DNA of 64,000 nucleotides from Sminthopsis crassicaudata (Eukaryota): assembly GCF_048593235.1 (NCBI RefSeq), contig NC_133619.1, positions 234,250,454-234,314,453 of the forward strand, written 5' to 3'. A model generated the notes under the pieces. That model was not told the DNA's origin and ran no database searches. It saw only the letters and a program-made list of their open reading frames with translations. The position numbers were made by a program, and so were the translations under genes. Numbering within the stretch: the stretch's first letter is position 1; each line of letters opens with the position of its first letter. This document shows, one piece after another, positions 22,695-34,353 of the stretch.

Positions 22695-23846
22695 CTACTG
22701 TGCACTCTTAGGGCAAATGATGAGTGAACCAGGGGTGCTCTGGTCTTGGGGAAGGCAAGGAGAGAAATAAGGGCGAAGAGGGCCTTCCAAATCTATGTTT
22801 GGGTTACTGTAAACAATGGCTCTGTATGTGACATCATAAAATGCTATTTCTTGCCTTTCACAATCAAGAAAAATGCCCACTTTGTGCAGAGGTTGGCTCA
22901 ACTGAATGGTCTTTTCTGAAGTGTACAAGAAGAAACCATTTCCAGATGTGAATGCTGTGATGGCCAAGACATCTTCCCAACTGAATCTCCCTCCTGAATC
23001 ATTACAGACGCCCAAAGCCCACCCCGTCTTGTCTTCCACCTCTACTTCCCAGTAGTGGGTGCCTGAGATGAATTTCTGGGTTCCTAAAACCCCGAGAGCA
23101 GGATGAAATCTCTCTGTGTTGTCAGGCAGGTCTTGACGGGTGCTTCCATAGTGCACCCTCTTCAAATCTTCAGACAGGATGAGATGAGGATGGGCTGATT
23201 CAGGATCAAGAGTTATATCCCTGTGGAAACTCATGAGAAATTCTCTCATGCCTGTAATGGAGCAGATAGGCCAGGGAAGGAAAGGAAACTCTGGCCTTTG
23301 GAGTAGTTCTTCCTTTTTTTTCAAAGTGTCTGGTGCAGCCTGGATCATTTCCAAGGGCAGCATGTCCAAATTCTGCTCCACTTCTAACATCATTTGTTTC
23401 AGATTTTGTGTTTCTGGTAACACCTTCATCTCATGCTCTGCTAGTTTGAGCAGGTTGCTTGTGGATGCCTCACCAAAACTTTTTTCGTATATAAATTTTT
23501 CTTCCATTAAGAATAGTTGCAGTTGCCTATATTGAGAACTAGTTAACACTTTCAAAGTGCAGGAACTCTCAGTAAATTGTGCCTTTCTTCTTCTCAATGT
23601 GTCCAGTGCAGTTTGACACTTCTCTTTTTTCTTCTGTATGATCCTCCATATCTGCAGGAGCTTGTTCTTGCTCTTGTCAGCTGCTGTCTCCAAGGGAATG
23701 ACTTGGTGGTCCTTGAGTTCTGGGCCCGAGAAGCAAGAATCAAAGAGGGGTCTCTGGCCTTCCTCACAGAAGAATATCACTTGTTCTCCCTGTTGATCAC
23801 AGGTGCTCAGGTTCAAGTCTTTGTGCAGCAGGTGATTTTGGCTCAT
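22695..23846 (-). CDS. Copy 9: RING-less TRIM-like protein, 383 aa (A/X)
   Basis: Intact ORF. Confidence 0.88.
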   Translation of the reverse strand: MSQNHLLHKDLNLSTCDQQGEQVIFFCEEGQRPLFDSCFSGPELKDHQVIPLETAADKSKNKLLQIWRIIQKKKEKCQTALDTLRRRKAQFTESSCTLKVLTSSQYRQLQLFLMEEKFIYEKSFGEASTSNLLKLAEHEMKVLPETQNLKQMMLEVEQNLDMLPLEMIQAAPDTLKKKEELLQRPEFPFLPWPICSITGMREFLMSFHRDITLDPESAHPHLILSEDLKRVHYGSTRQDLPDNTERFHPALGVLGTQKFISGTHYWEVEVEDKTGWALGVCNDSGGRFSWEDVLAITAFTSGNGFFLYTSEKTIQLSQPLHKVGIFLDCERQEIAFYDVTYRAIVYSNPNIDLEGPLRPYFSPCLPQDQSTPGSLIICPKSAQ

Positions 23847-25638
23847 CTTGCCAGTGGTGCACTGGGTCTGCAGGTTCCTTCTGAGCAGCAAGGCAGCCTC
23901 CCTAAGCAATGACTCCTCTGCACTCTGTGTGGGTTAAGGTTTCAGTGACTCCCTCAGTGCCCGGGAGAAGACACTCTGTGCACTCTCAGTCAGGAAGGTA
24001 GTTCAGGCTCATGCAAGCAAGGGAGACCTACCTGGAGGTTTTTTAATGAAACTCTGGTATGGATGATCCCAAGCGTCTGATTCCTTCCTTTTCAGGTCTG
24101 GAGAGAGCTAGCTCCTTCCCTTCAGCTCTGGCAGCAAAAGATATGGGCACTGAGCTGTGTGAGCCTTTTTAAATCTCCTCCCCTGCTTAGCCATTCTCTT
24201 AACTCCACCCTCAAATAAGTGAGAACTCTTGTCTTTTGAGAGGACTTCCACTCCCTGCTTCAGGGCTGAGTTCTCACCTTTCTTCTAATCCCACCTTTCA
24301 GAGTCAGCCTCTCTAGAGAAGGAAACTCCTTCCCTCCTTCTGAGTACATGGAAAGATCTCCTGATTGAGTCACTTAGCAGTGACATTCTCACCTGCAAGC
24401 CTCAAGATATCACCTTTTTGATGTACTGACATGGAAACATGGCAAAGAAAGACGCCCAGCCCCCACTCCAAACAAAATCTTTTTTTTTTTCCCCAAACTG
24501 CTTCCTACCCATGGCTCCTATGAAGAAAACATGTACCAACCTTTGCTATCCCTCCCCCTTAGTTTCCACTTTGGCTCTCATTACATACTTATGATTCTAT
24601 CACTGGATCAAGATGTCTTAGCATTTTTAGTATATGCTTTTTAGAAGAACATTATTTCTGATTGCTATCTTTTTAAATGTTCATCTCAGAAAGAAGATTG
24701 TCTTCTTCCTTTTGGTTATGCCACAAAGGATTTGTGAACTGAGGCAGCTGTTACTTTTTTTTTTAATTGTTTCACCTTTAATTTCCTTTTATTGACTCCT
24801 CAAAAGGTGAGAACTCCCACTTTCTAAAATTCTTCCACTCTCTCCACTGGAGTTTGTCCTCTTAAAATATAATACATCAATATATATTTATTTTATTTCA
24901 ATGAAAATAGACTTTAATCTGGACACCTGGAGACTGCATCTATCCTATTCTAGGTTGTATTCCAGGCTGGGATACCTCTGACAAGGGGCACCAAATGTCC
25001 TACAAGAGAAGGGTAGAAAAACAGAATGACACAATGGAAGTACCTTTGGCATAATATCTTGCTTCAAGTTCCTATTTGGTTGTGGACTAATTTATTGCAA
25101 TCCTTCAAAACATCTTTATAGCTGTACCTATTACATTTTCTTATTTCATGCCAGATCTTTGAGTCTGCTATGATCCTCTAGTAGTATTCTGACTCAAAAC
25201 AATAGACATTCCATACCCAACTCCCAAGGCCTGCAAAGAAGAGAACTTTTGTCCCTTTTCTTTCTTTATTTGTTTGCTTCCTTACTCCTTTGGTTGTTCA
25301 TTGATTCATATAGTCTTTTAGCCTTCCAAGTGTTGTTCTCCCTCCCTTTCTACTAGAAATTTTTCCCTTCACTTTTGCTCTCCTCAGGCCTTGTCTCCTA
25401 TTCTGCTACCCACCTCCCCATCCCAATTAGCTTCTGGAAAAGCAGCCACCAAAGGGGAAAAATGATCTTTTTACGTTAAGAATTCTTAAGAAGGAACACA
25501 GTATTTTCTTGGTTTAAATAATCACACTTTATTGTCCATTCAACAGAAATACAGAGAAATAGAGTATCCCTGGCAGTGTTCCACCCAGTCACTTTTGCTA
25601 AAGGGTCATCCTTAGTAATTAGGAACTCTGACTGGCCT

Positions 25639-26791
25639 CTACTGTGCACTCTTAGGGCAAATGATGAGTGAACCAGGGGTGCTCTGGTCTTGGAGAAGGC
25701 AAGGAGAGAAATAAGGGCGAAGAGGCCCTTCCAAATCTATGTTTGGGTTACTGTAAACAATGGCTCTGTATGTGACATCATAAAATGCTATTTCTTGCCT
25801 TTCACAATCAAGAAAAATGCCCACTTTGTGCAGAGGTTGGCTCAACTGAATGGTCTTTTCTGAAGTGTACAAGAAGAAACCATTTCCAGATGTGAATGCT
25901 GTGATGGCCAAGACATCTTCCCAACTGAATCTCCCTCCTGAATCATTACAGACGCCCAAAGCCCACCCCGTCTTGTCTTCCAACTCTACTTCCCAGTAGT
26001 GGGTGCCTGAGATGAATTTCTGGGTTCCTAAAACCCCGAGAGCAGGATGAAATCTCTCTGTGTTGTCAGGCAGGTCTTGACGGGTGCTTCCATAGTGCAC
26101 CCTCTTCAAATCTTCAGACAGGATGAGATGAGGATGGGCTGATTCAGGATCAAGAGTTATATCCCTGTGGAAACTCATGAGAAATTCTCTCATGCCTGTA
26201 ATGGAGCAGATAGGCCAGGGAAGGAAAGGAAACTCTGGCCTTTGGAGTAGTTCTTCCTTTTTTTTCAAAGTGTCTGGTGCAGCCTGGATCATTTCCAAGG
26301 GCAGCATGTCCAAATTCTGCTCCACTTCTAACATCATTTGTTTCAGATTTTGTGTTTCTGGTAACACCTTCATCTCATGCTCTGCTAGTTTGAGCAGGTT
26401 GCTTGTGGATGCCTCACCAAAACTTTTTTTCGTATATAAATTTTTCTTCCATTAAGAATAGTTGCAGTTGCCTATATTGAGAACTAGTTAACACTTTCAA
26501 AGTGCAGGAACTCTCAGTAAATTGTGCCTTTCTTCTTCTCAATGTGTCCAGTGCAGTTTGACACTTCTCTTTTTTCTTCTGTATGATCCTCCATATCTGC
26601 AGGAGCTTGTTCTTGCTCTTGTCAGCTGCTGTCTCCAAGGGAATGACTTGGTGGTCCTTGAGTTCTGGGCCCGAGAAGCAAGAATCAAAGAGGGGTCTCT
26701 GGCCTTCCTCACAGAAGAATATCACTTGTTCTCCCTGTTGATCACAGGTGCTCAGGTTCAAGTCTTTGTGCAGCAGGTGATTTTGGCTCAT
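25639..26791 (-). pseudogene. Copy 10: frameshifted TRIM-like copy
   Basis: T7 at 26424-26430 where other copies have T6, splitting the ORF into the track's 146-aa and 244-aa pieces. Could be a homopolymer sequencing error. Confidence 0.6.
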
Positions 26792-27581
26792 CTTGCCAGT
26801 GGTGCACTGGGTCTGCAGGTTCCTTCTGAGCAGCAAGGCAGCCTCCCTAAGCAATGACTCCTCTGCACTCTGTGTGGGTTAAGGTTTCAGTGACTCCCTC
26901 AGTGCCCTGGAGAAGACACTCTGTGCACTCTCAGTCACCCAGTCAGGAAGGTAGTTCAGGCTCATGCAAGCAAGGGAGACCTACCTGGAGGTTTTTTAAA
27001 TGAAACTCTGGTATGGATGATCCCAAGCGTCTGATTCCTTCCTTTTCAGGTCTGGAGAGAGCTAGCTCCTTCCCTTCAGCTCTGGCAGCAAAAGATATGG
27101 GCACTGAGCTGTGTGAGCCTTTTTAAATCTCCTCCCCTGCTTAGCCATTCTCTTAACTCCACCCTCAAAAAGGTGAGAACTCTTGTCTTTTGAGAGGACT
27201 TCCACTCCCTGCTTCAGGGCTGAGTTCTCACCTTTCTTCTAATCCCACCCTTCAGAGTCAGCCTCTCTAGAGAAGGAAACTCCTAACCTCCTTCTGAGTA
27301 CATGGAAAGATCTCCTGATTGGGTCACTTAGCAGTGACATTCTCACCTGCAAGCCTCAAGATATCACCTTTTTGATGTGCTGACATGGAAACATGGCAAA
27401 GAAAGACGCCCAGCCCCCACCCCAAACAAAATCTTTTTTTTTTCCCCAAACTGCTTCCCACCCATGGCTCCTATGAAGAAAACATGTACCAACCTTTGCT
27501 ATCCCTCCCCCTTAGTTTCCACTTTGGCTCTCATTACATACTTATGATTCTATCACTGGATCAAGATGTCTTAGCATTTTT

Positions 27582-27596
27582 AGTATATGCTTTTTA
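27582..27596 (+). repeat. L1 target-site duplication, left copy (agtatatgcttttt[a])
   Basis: Identical to 34339-34353. Uninterrupted units have a single copy within ...tttttagtatatgctttttagaagaac. The site reads TTTTT/AG, consistent with L1 endonuclease preference. Confidence 0.95.
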
Positions 27597-27638
27597 TTTT
27601 TTTTTTTTTTTTTTTATTATATATATATATATATATAT
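27597..27638 (-). repeat. L1 poly(A) tail (T19 on plus) with adjacent (AT)10 microsatellite
   Basis: T run 27597-27615, (AT)n 27619-27638; AATAAA on the minus strand at 27613-27618. Confidence 0.9.
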
Positions 27639-27958
27639 TTTATAATATTATCCCTTGTATTCATTTTTCCAATTTACCCCCCCTCCCTTTATTCCCTCCC
27701 CCCGACGACAGGCAATACCATACATTTTACATGTGTTACAATATAGTCTAGGTACAATACATGTGTGCGAATATCACTTTCTTGTTGCACAATAAACATT
27801 AGAATCCGAAGGTACATGCAACCTGGGCAGACAGATATTAGTGCTAACAATTTTCATTCCCCTCCCAGTGTTTCTTCTCTGGGTGCAGCTACCTCTGTCC
27901 ATCATTGATCAACTGGAAGTGAGTTGGATCTTCTTTATGTTGAAGATTTCCACTTCCA

Positions 27959-30900
27959 TCAGAATACATCCTCATACAGCATTGTTGTTGAAGTGTACAG
28001 TGATCTTCTGGTTCTGCTCATTTCACTCAGCATCAGTTGATTTAAGTCTCTCCAGGCCTCTCTATATTCCTCCTGTTGGTCATTTCTTACCGAGCAATAA
28101 TATTCCATAACCTTCATATACCACAATTTACCCAACCATTCTCCAACTGATGGACATCCATTCATCCTCCAGTTTCTAGCTACAACAAAAAGAGCTGCCA
28201 CAAACATTTTGGCACATATATGTCTCTTTCCGCTCTTTAGTATTTCTTTGGGATATAATCCCAGTAGTAGCGCTGCTGGGTCAAAGGGTATGCACAGTTT
28301 GATAACTTTTTGGGCATAATTCCAGATTGCTCTCCAGAATGGCTGGATTCTTTCACAACTCCACCAGCAATGTATTAGTGTCCCAGTTTTCCCACATCCC
28401 CTCCAACATTTGTCATTATTTGTTCCTGTCATCTTAGCCAATCTGACAGGTGTGTAGTGGTATCTCAGAGTGGTCTTAATTTGCATTTCTCTGATCAGTA
28501 GTGATTTGGAACACTCTTTCATGTGAGTGGATATAGTTTCAATTTCTTCCTCTGAGAATTGTCTGTTCATATCCTTTGACCATTTATCAATTGGAGAATG
28601 GTTCGGTTTCTTATAAATTTGGGTCAGTTCTCTATATATTTTGGAAATGAGACCTTTGTCAGAACCTTTGTTTTTAAAAATATTTTCCCAATTTGTTACT
28701 TCCCTTCTAATCTTGTTTGCATTAGTATTATTTGTACAGAAACTTTTTAGTTTGATGTAATCAAAATCTTCTATTTTGTGATCAATAATGATCTCTAGTT
28801 CTCCTCTGGTCATAAATTCCTTCCTCCTCCACAAGTCTGAGAGGTAGATTATCCTCTGTTCCTCTAATCTATTTATTATCTCCCTCTTTATGCCTAAATC
28901 ATGGACCCATTTTGATCTTATCTTGGTATATGGTGTTAAGTGTGGATCCATATCTAATTTCTGCCATACTAATTTCCAGTTTTCCCAACAGTTTTTTCCG
29001 AATAATGAATTTTTATCCCTAATGTTGGAATCTTTGGGTTTGTCAAAGATTAGATTGCTATAGATGTATCCTTTTTTGTCCTTTGTATCTAATCTGTTCC
29101 ACTGATCTACCGGTCTATTTCGTAGCCAATACCAAATGGTTTTGGTGACTGCTGCTATATAATATAGCTTTAGATCAGGTACACTTAGACCACCTTCCTC
29201 TGAGTTTTTTTTCATTAGTTCCCTTGCAATTCTTGACCTTTTATTCTTCCATATGAATTTTGTTGTTATTTTTTCTAGGTCATTAAAATAGTTTCTTGGG
29301 AGTCTGATTGGTATAGCACTAAATAAATAGATTAGTTTGGGGAGTATTGTCATCTTTATTATATTCGCTCGGCCTATCCAAGAGCACTGAATGTCTTTCC
29401 AATTATTTAAATCTGACTTTATTTTTGTGGCAAGTGTTTTGTAATTTTTCTCATATAATTCCTGACTTTTCTTTGGTAGATGGATTCCCAAATATTTTAT
29501 ACTCTCAACATTTGTTTGGAATGGAATTTCTCTTTGTATCTCTTGCTGTTGCATTTTGTTAGTGATATATAAAAATGCCGAGGATTTATGTGGATTTATT
29601 TTGTATCCTGCCACTTTGCTGAAATTTTGAATTATTTCTAGTAGCTTTTTAGCAGAGTCTTTGGGGTTCTCTAAGTATACCATCATGTCATCTGCAAAAA
29701 GTGATAGTTTGATTTCCTCATTTCCTACTCTAATTCCTTGAATCTCTTTCTCGGCTCTTATTGCCGAGGCTAGCGTTTCTAGTACTATATTGAATAGTAA
29801 TGGTGATAGTGGGCAACCTTGTTTCACTCCTGATCTTACTGGGAAAGGTTGCAGTTTATTTCTATTGCATATTATGCTTACTGACGGTCTTAAATATATA
29901 CTCCTGATTATTCTAAGGAATAATCCATTTATTCCTATACTCTCAAGAGTTTTTAGTAGGAATGGATGTTGGATTTTGTCAAATGCTTTTTCTGCATCTA
30001 TTGAGATGATCATATGGTTCTTATTAATTTGATTATTAATATGGTCAATTATATTAATAGTTTTCCTAATATTAAACCAGCCCTGCATTCCTGGAATAAA
30101 TCCTACTTGATCATAGTGTATTATCTTGGAGATGATTTTCTGAAGTCTTTTTGCTAATATCTTATTTAAGATTTTAGCATCAATATTCATTAAGGAGATT
30201 GGTCTATAATTTTCTTTCTCAGTTTTCGATCTACCAGGTTTAGGTATCAGTACCATGTCTGTGTCATAAAAGGAGTTTGGTAGGACTCCTTCATCCCCTA
30301 TTTTTTCAAATAATTTATATAACATTGGGGCTAATTGTTCTTTAAATGTTTGGTAGAATTCACATGTGAATCCATCTGGCCCTGGGGATTTTTTCCTGGG
30401 GAGTTGATTAATAGCTTGTTCTATTTCTTTTTCTGAAATGGGACTATTTAAGCAATTTATCTCCTCCTCTGTTAATCTAGGGAGCCTATATTTTTGGAGA
30501 AAGTCATCCATTTCACTTAAGTTATCAAATTTATTGGCATAAAGTTGGGCAAAGTAACTCCTTATTATTTCTCTAATTTCCTCTTCATTGGTGGAAAGAT
30601 CCCCCTTTTCATTTGTAAGACTATCAATTTGATTTTCCTCTTTCTTTTTTTTGATCAAATTTACCAAAGGTTTATCTATTTTATTGGCTTTTTCATAAAA
30701 CCAACTCTTGGTTTTATTTATTAATTCAATAGTTTTTTTACTTTCAATTTTATTGATTTCTCCTTTTAATTTTTGTATTTCGAGTTTAATTTTTGGTTGG
30801 GGGTTTATAATTTGGTCTTTTTCTAGCCTTTTAAGTTGTAAGCCCAATTCGTTAATCTTCTCTTTCTCAATTTTCTTCAAATAAGCCTCTAAAGATATAA

Positions 30901-31792
30901 AATTTCCCCTTATTACTGCTTTAGCTGCATCCCAAAGATTTTGATATGATGTCTCATCATTATCATTATCTTGGGTGAAATTGTTAATTGTTTCTATAAT
31001 TTGTTCTTTCACCCAGTCATTCTTTAAGATGAGATTATTCAGTTTCCAATTACTTTTTGGTCTATTTACCCCTAACTTTTTACTGAATGTAGCTTTTATT
31101 GCATTGTGATCTGAGCAGAAGGCATTTATTATTTCTGCCTTCCTACATTTAATTTTGAGATCTTTATGTCCTAATATATGGTCAATTTTTGTATAGGATC
31201 CATGAACTGCTGAGAAGAAAGTATATTCCTTCCTATTGCCATTCAGTTTTCTCCAAAGGTCTATCATACCTAGTTTTTCTAATGTTCTATTTACTTTTTT
31301 AATTTCTTTCTTGTTTGTTTTGTGGTTTGATTTGTCTAAATCTGAGAGTGCAAGGTTGAGATCTCCCACTATTATAGTTTTACTGTCTATTTCTTCTTGC
31401 AGTTCTCTTAACTTTTCCTTTAGAAAGTTAGATGCTATACCACTTGGTGCATATATGTTTAGTATTGATATGGCTTCATTATTTATGCTACCTTTCAGCA
31501 GGATATAGTTTCCTTCCTTATCTTTTTTAACGAGATCTACTTCTGCTTTTGCTTGATCTGAGATAAGGATAGCTACCCCTGCTTTTTTGGCTTTACCTGA
31601 AGCATAATAAGCTCTGTTCCAACCTTTTACCTTTACTCTGTATGTATCTCCCTGCTTTAAGTGTGTTTCCTGTAGACAACATATTGTAGGGTTCTGCTTT
31701 TTGATCCAATCTGCTATCCGTCTCCGTTTGATGGGATCGTTCATCCCATTTACATTTACAGTTAAAATTACTAATTCTGTATTTCCTGCCAT
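27959..31792 (-). CDS. ORF2: L1 ORF2p: APE endonuclease, reverse transcriptase, C-terminal cysteine-rich domain
   Basis: EN motifs NVNG, CLQETH, GDLN, KIDH, SDH; RT motifs [18 protein letters not shown]; C-terminal [18 protein letters not shown] (CX3CX7HX4C). No stops or frameshifts. Confidence 0.97.
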   Translation of the reverse strand: MAGNTELVILTVNVNGMNDPIKRRRIADWIKKQNPTICCLQETHLKQGDTYRVKVKGWNRAYYASGKAKKAGVAILISDQAKAEVDLVKKDKEGNYILLKGSINNEAISILNIYAPSGIASNFLKEKLRELQEEIDSKTIIVGDLNLALSDLDKSNHKTNKKEIKKVNRTLEKLGMIDLWRKLNGNRKEYTFFSAVHGSYTKIDHILGHKDLKIKCRKAEIINAFCSDHNAIKATFSKKLGVNRPKSNWKLNNLILKNDWVKEQIIETINNFTQDNDNDETSYQNLWDAAKAVIRGNFISLEAYLKKIEKEKINELGLQLKRLEKDQIINPQPKIKLEIQKLKGEINKIESKKTIELINKTKSWFYEKANKIDKPLVNLIKKKKEENQIDSLTNEKGDLSTNEEEIREIIRSYFAQLYANKFDNLSEMDDFLQKYRLPRLTEEEINCLNSPISEKEIEQAINQLPRKKSPGPDGFTCEFYQTFKEQLAPMLYKLFEKIGDEGVLPNSFYDTDMVLIPKPGRSKTEKENYRPISLMNIDAKILNKILAKRLQKIISKIIHYDQVGFIPGMQGWFNIRKTINIIDHINNQINKNHMIISIDAEKAFDKIQHPFLLKTLESIGINGLFLRIIRSIYLRPSVSIICNRNKLQPFPVRSGVKQGCPLSPLLFNIVLETLASAIRAEKEIQGIRVGNEEIKLSLFADDMMVYLENPKDSAKKLLEIIQNFSKVAGYKINPHKSSAFLYITNKMQQQEIQREIPFQTNVESIKYLGIHLPKKSQELYEKNYKTLATKIKSDLNNWKDIQCSWIGRANIIKMTILPKLIYLFSAIPIRLPRNYFNDLEKITTKFIWKNKRSRIARELMKKNSEEGGLSVPDLKLYYIAAVTKTIWYWLRNRPVDQWNRLDTKDKKGYIYSNLIFDKPKDSNIRDKNSLFGKNCWENWKLVWQKLDMDPHLTPYTKIRSKWVHDLGIKREIINRLEEQRIIYLSDLWRRKEFMTRGELEIIIDHKIEDFDYIKLKSFCTNNTNANKIRREVTNWENIFKNKGSDKGLISKIYRELTQIYKKPNHSPIDKWSKDMNRQFSEEEIETISTHMKECSKSLLIREMQIKTTLRYHYTPVRLAKMTGTNNDKCWRGCGKTGTLIHCWWSCERIQPFWRAIWNYAQKVIKLCIPFDPAALLLGLYPKEILKSGKRHICAKMFVAALFVVARNWRMNGCPSVGEWLGKLWYMKVMEYYCSVRNDQQEEYREAWRDLNQLMLSEMSRTRRSLYTSTTMLYEDVF

Positions 31793-32314
31793 CGTATTAT
31801 CCCCAGATTATACTTTTTTCCCTTGACCCCCCTGATCCCCCTCCCCGATATTTAATTTACAGACCCCCCTTGTGACGCGCAACCCTCCCTCTTTTTTTTT
31901 TTTTTTTTTTTTTAGGATCCCTCCCCCCTCCCTCCAAGACCCTTCACTTATTCTCCTTTTCCTTTCCCCTTTTCCTCTCCCCCCTTTTAATGAGGTGAGA
32001 GAAAATTCTCTGAAAAACAAATATGTTAATTATTTACTCTTTGAGCCTCTTCTGATGAGAGTAAGATTCACACAATGATTCTCCCCCTCACTAAGTTCCC
32101 TCAGATATGGTGTATTTTCTATGTCTCTTCCTGGGATGTAGTTTCCCTCTTTTTATCACTCCTTCCCCTTTTTCTGAACCGACCTCCTTCCCTTTACCAC
32201 ACCCCCCTTTTTTTCTTTTATATCAGTAAAATCAAATTATCCTTGAGTATTTTTTATATACCCACAACAAAGTTACAGTTCTCAAGGGTTCTGTGTACCT
32301 TTTTCTGTTTCTCT

Positions 32315-33475
32315 TCAGTCTTGTGGATGTAGATCAAATTTTTTGTTTAAGTCTGGTTTTTTTCTTAGAAACATATAGAATTCCTCTGTTTCATTGAATG
32401 ACCATCTTCTTCCATGGAAAAAGATGCTAAACTTAGCTGGGTAGTTCATTCTTGGTTGCAGTCCTTGATCTTTTGCCTTTCGGAATATCAGGTTCCAGGC
32501 CCTTCTATCTTTTAATGTGGAGGCAGCCAGATCTTGGGTGACCCTTATTGTGGCACCTTGGTATTTAAATTGTTTTTTTCTAGCTGCTTGCAGGATTTTC
32601 TCCTTTGTGTGGTAATTCTGCAGCTTAGCCACAATATTCCGTGGTGTTCTTTTTTTAGGGTCTATTTCAGAAGGAGTTCGATGAATTCTTTCCACATCTA
32701 CTTTCCCTTCTGTTTCTATTATCTCTGGACAGTTCTCTTTGATAATTTCCTGTAAAATAGAATCTAGGCTCTTTTTCTGGTCATAGTTTTCGGGAAGTCC
32801 AATGATCCGCAGATTATCTCTCCTAGATCTATTTTCCAGGTCTATAGATTTTCCCAGTAAGTATTTGACGTTGTTCTCCAGCTTCTCATTTTTTTTGTTT
32901 TGTTTGACTGATTCTTGGGTTCTCTGTGAATCATTCATTTCTATTTGTTCCATCCTGACTTTTAAGGAGTTATTTTCTTCTTTCACAGTTTTTAGTTCTT
33001 TTTGTAAATGCCCAATTTCGTTTTTAAATGAATTATTTTGCTCTATTGAGTTTTTTTCCATTTCCCTAATTTTTTTTTTTTGAGAATTATTTTCTTTTTC
33101 CAATTCAGAAATTCTATTTTCTTGAGACTTTTTTATCTTTTCCAATTCAGATATCCTACTTTCCTGTGTTTTTTTAACCTTTTCTAATTCACTAATTTTG
33201 TTTCCCTGCATCTCCTGTGAATTCTTTATTTTTTCCAACTCCAATTTCAGGACATTGTTATTTTCTATCATAACTTCTCTTTCCTTTCCCCATTTTTCTT
33301 CGATCTCCCTCAATTTCTTAAGAGCTTCTTCTAGGAGAGAGTTATGTGATGGGGGGCAGGAATCGTTCCCCTTTAGGTTGTTATCTGATTCTCTGCTGTC
33401 AACTTCCTCGGGGTTGGACACCCGTTCTTTCTCTGTATAGAAGGAATCTATGGTTTTTCTAGCTTTTTTGCTCAT
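32315..33475 (-). CDS. ORF1: L1 ORF1p: coiled coil, RRM, CTD
   Basis: DLENRSRRDNLRIIGLPE, ERIHR, PRNIVAK, EKILQAAR, YPAK motifs typical of mammalian L1 ORF1p. Confidence 0.95.
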   Translation of the reverse strand: MSKKARKTIDSFYTEKERVSNPEEVDSRESDNNLKGNDSCPPSHNSLLEEALKKLREIEEKWGKEREVMIENNNVLKLELEKIKNSQEMQGNKISELEKVKKTQESRISELEKIKKSQENRISELEKENNSQKKKIREMEKNSIEQNNSFKNEIGHLQKELKTVKEENNSLKVRMEQIEMNDSQRTQESVKQNKKNEKLENNVKYLLGKSIDLENRSRRDNLRIIGLPENYDQKKSLDSILQEIIKENCPEIIETEGKVDVERIHRTPSEIDPKKRTPRNIVAKLQNYHTKEKILQAARKKQFKYQGATIRVTQDLAASTLKDRRAWNLIFRKAKDQGLQPRMNYPAKFSIFFHGRRWSFNETEEFYMFLRKKPDLNKKFDLHPQD

Positions 33476-34338
33476 ACTTAAAAAAAAATCTTTTGGGGTC
33501 TGTCTCTGGGGTAGGAAATTATTTACTTCTTTACCAGCTTCCTCCCAGATGGGATGGATGCAGCGGCTCCTGAGCCCGAGCTAAGAGAGAGCTCTGGGAG
33601 AGAGTTCCCCACCCTCTCCCTGGGAGTGCCTCAGAGGTGATTAGCACTGCTGTGCTTCGAGGGCGTAGAATAGTGAAGACTGCAGGAAGCCCAGGCTATG
33701 TGTCCGGGTGGGGAGTGGGTGTCTGCAGCAGGTGACGTGAGAAGCCCCTGCGCTCAAACTGGAAGTGTCTGCCAGAAACCGCGGTCCCTAGTTCAAAGGT
33801 TCCGCTTCTCTGGGACTTCCTGGAGCTGAGTTCCACTCCCTCCAGCTAAGCTAGGCAGTGTGTGTTGCCTTGGGCCGGATCCACCCACTTGTCAGTCTCT
33901 TAACTATTCTCAGGAGGTAGCTGAGGCCACACCCCCTGGTGCCTGAGTCACCCCCAGGGTCAGGGGAAAATCCAATCTGAGTTTTAAAATATTTTGGCTT
34001 TCTCTTCTGAACTGCTAAATAATTAGCAGAGAAGAGCTAACAGCCTGTGCCAGATTCCTTTACCTCAGTGGCTTCTCTGATCCCAGAGCCCCTCCCAGCG
34101 CAATGGGCGCAGTGTGCCCCTACCCCACCGTCTGTGCTGGTCTCTTATTCCTCCCCTGAGAACTGACCTTTCCTGTTGAAACTCCAGATTCTCTTCAGCT
34201 GGTAAGTCGTGCTTCCAGTCCTTGTGGTATCTATCAGTCCTGAGCTAATTTTGAGACTTAATTTATCTAATTGGTTGTGAGGGAGTGAGGACGTTCACTG
34301 AGTCGTGTGTTTCCTCTCCGCCATCTTGGCTCCGCCTC
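33476..34338 (-). promoter_or_regulatory. L1 5'UTR internal promoter with YY1-like site
   Basis: CAAGATGGCG at the extreme 5' end (plus 34319-34328), where mammalian L1s carry a YY1 site; richer in GC and CpG than the flanks by eye. Confidence 0.75.
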
Positions 34339-34353
34339 AGTATATGCTTTTTA
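34339..34353 (+). repeat. L1 target-site duplication, right copy
   Basis: agtatatgcttttta directly after the L1 5' end; normal spacer sequence resumes. Confidence 0.95.

Larger units (their letters stand above)
27597..34338 (-). mobile_element. Full-length LINE-1 (6742 bp) with both ORFs intact
   Basis: 5' end GAGGCGGAGCCAAGATGGCG, ~860-bp 5'UTR, ORF1 386 aa, 522-bp inter-ORF spacer, ORF2 1277 aa, G-rich 3'UTR, A-tail, perfect TSD. Confidence 0.97.

Noticed and set aside
29347-33440. Short plus-strand ORFs inside the L1
   Set aside because: Antisense, T-rich low-complexity by-products of A-rich L1 coding sequence.
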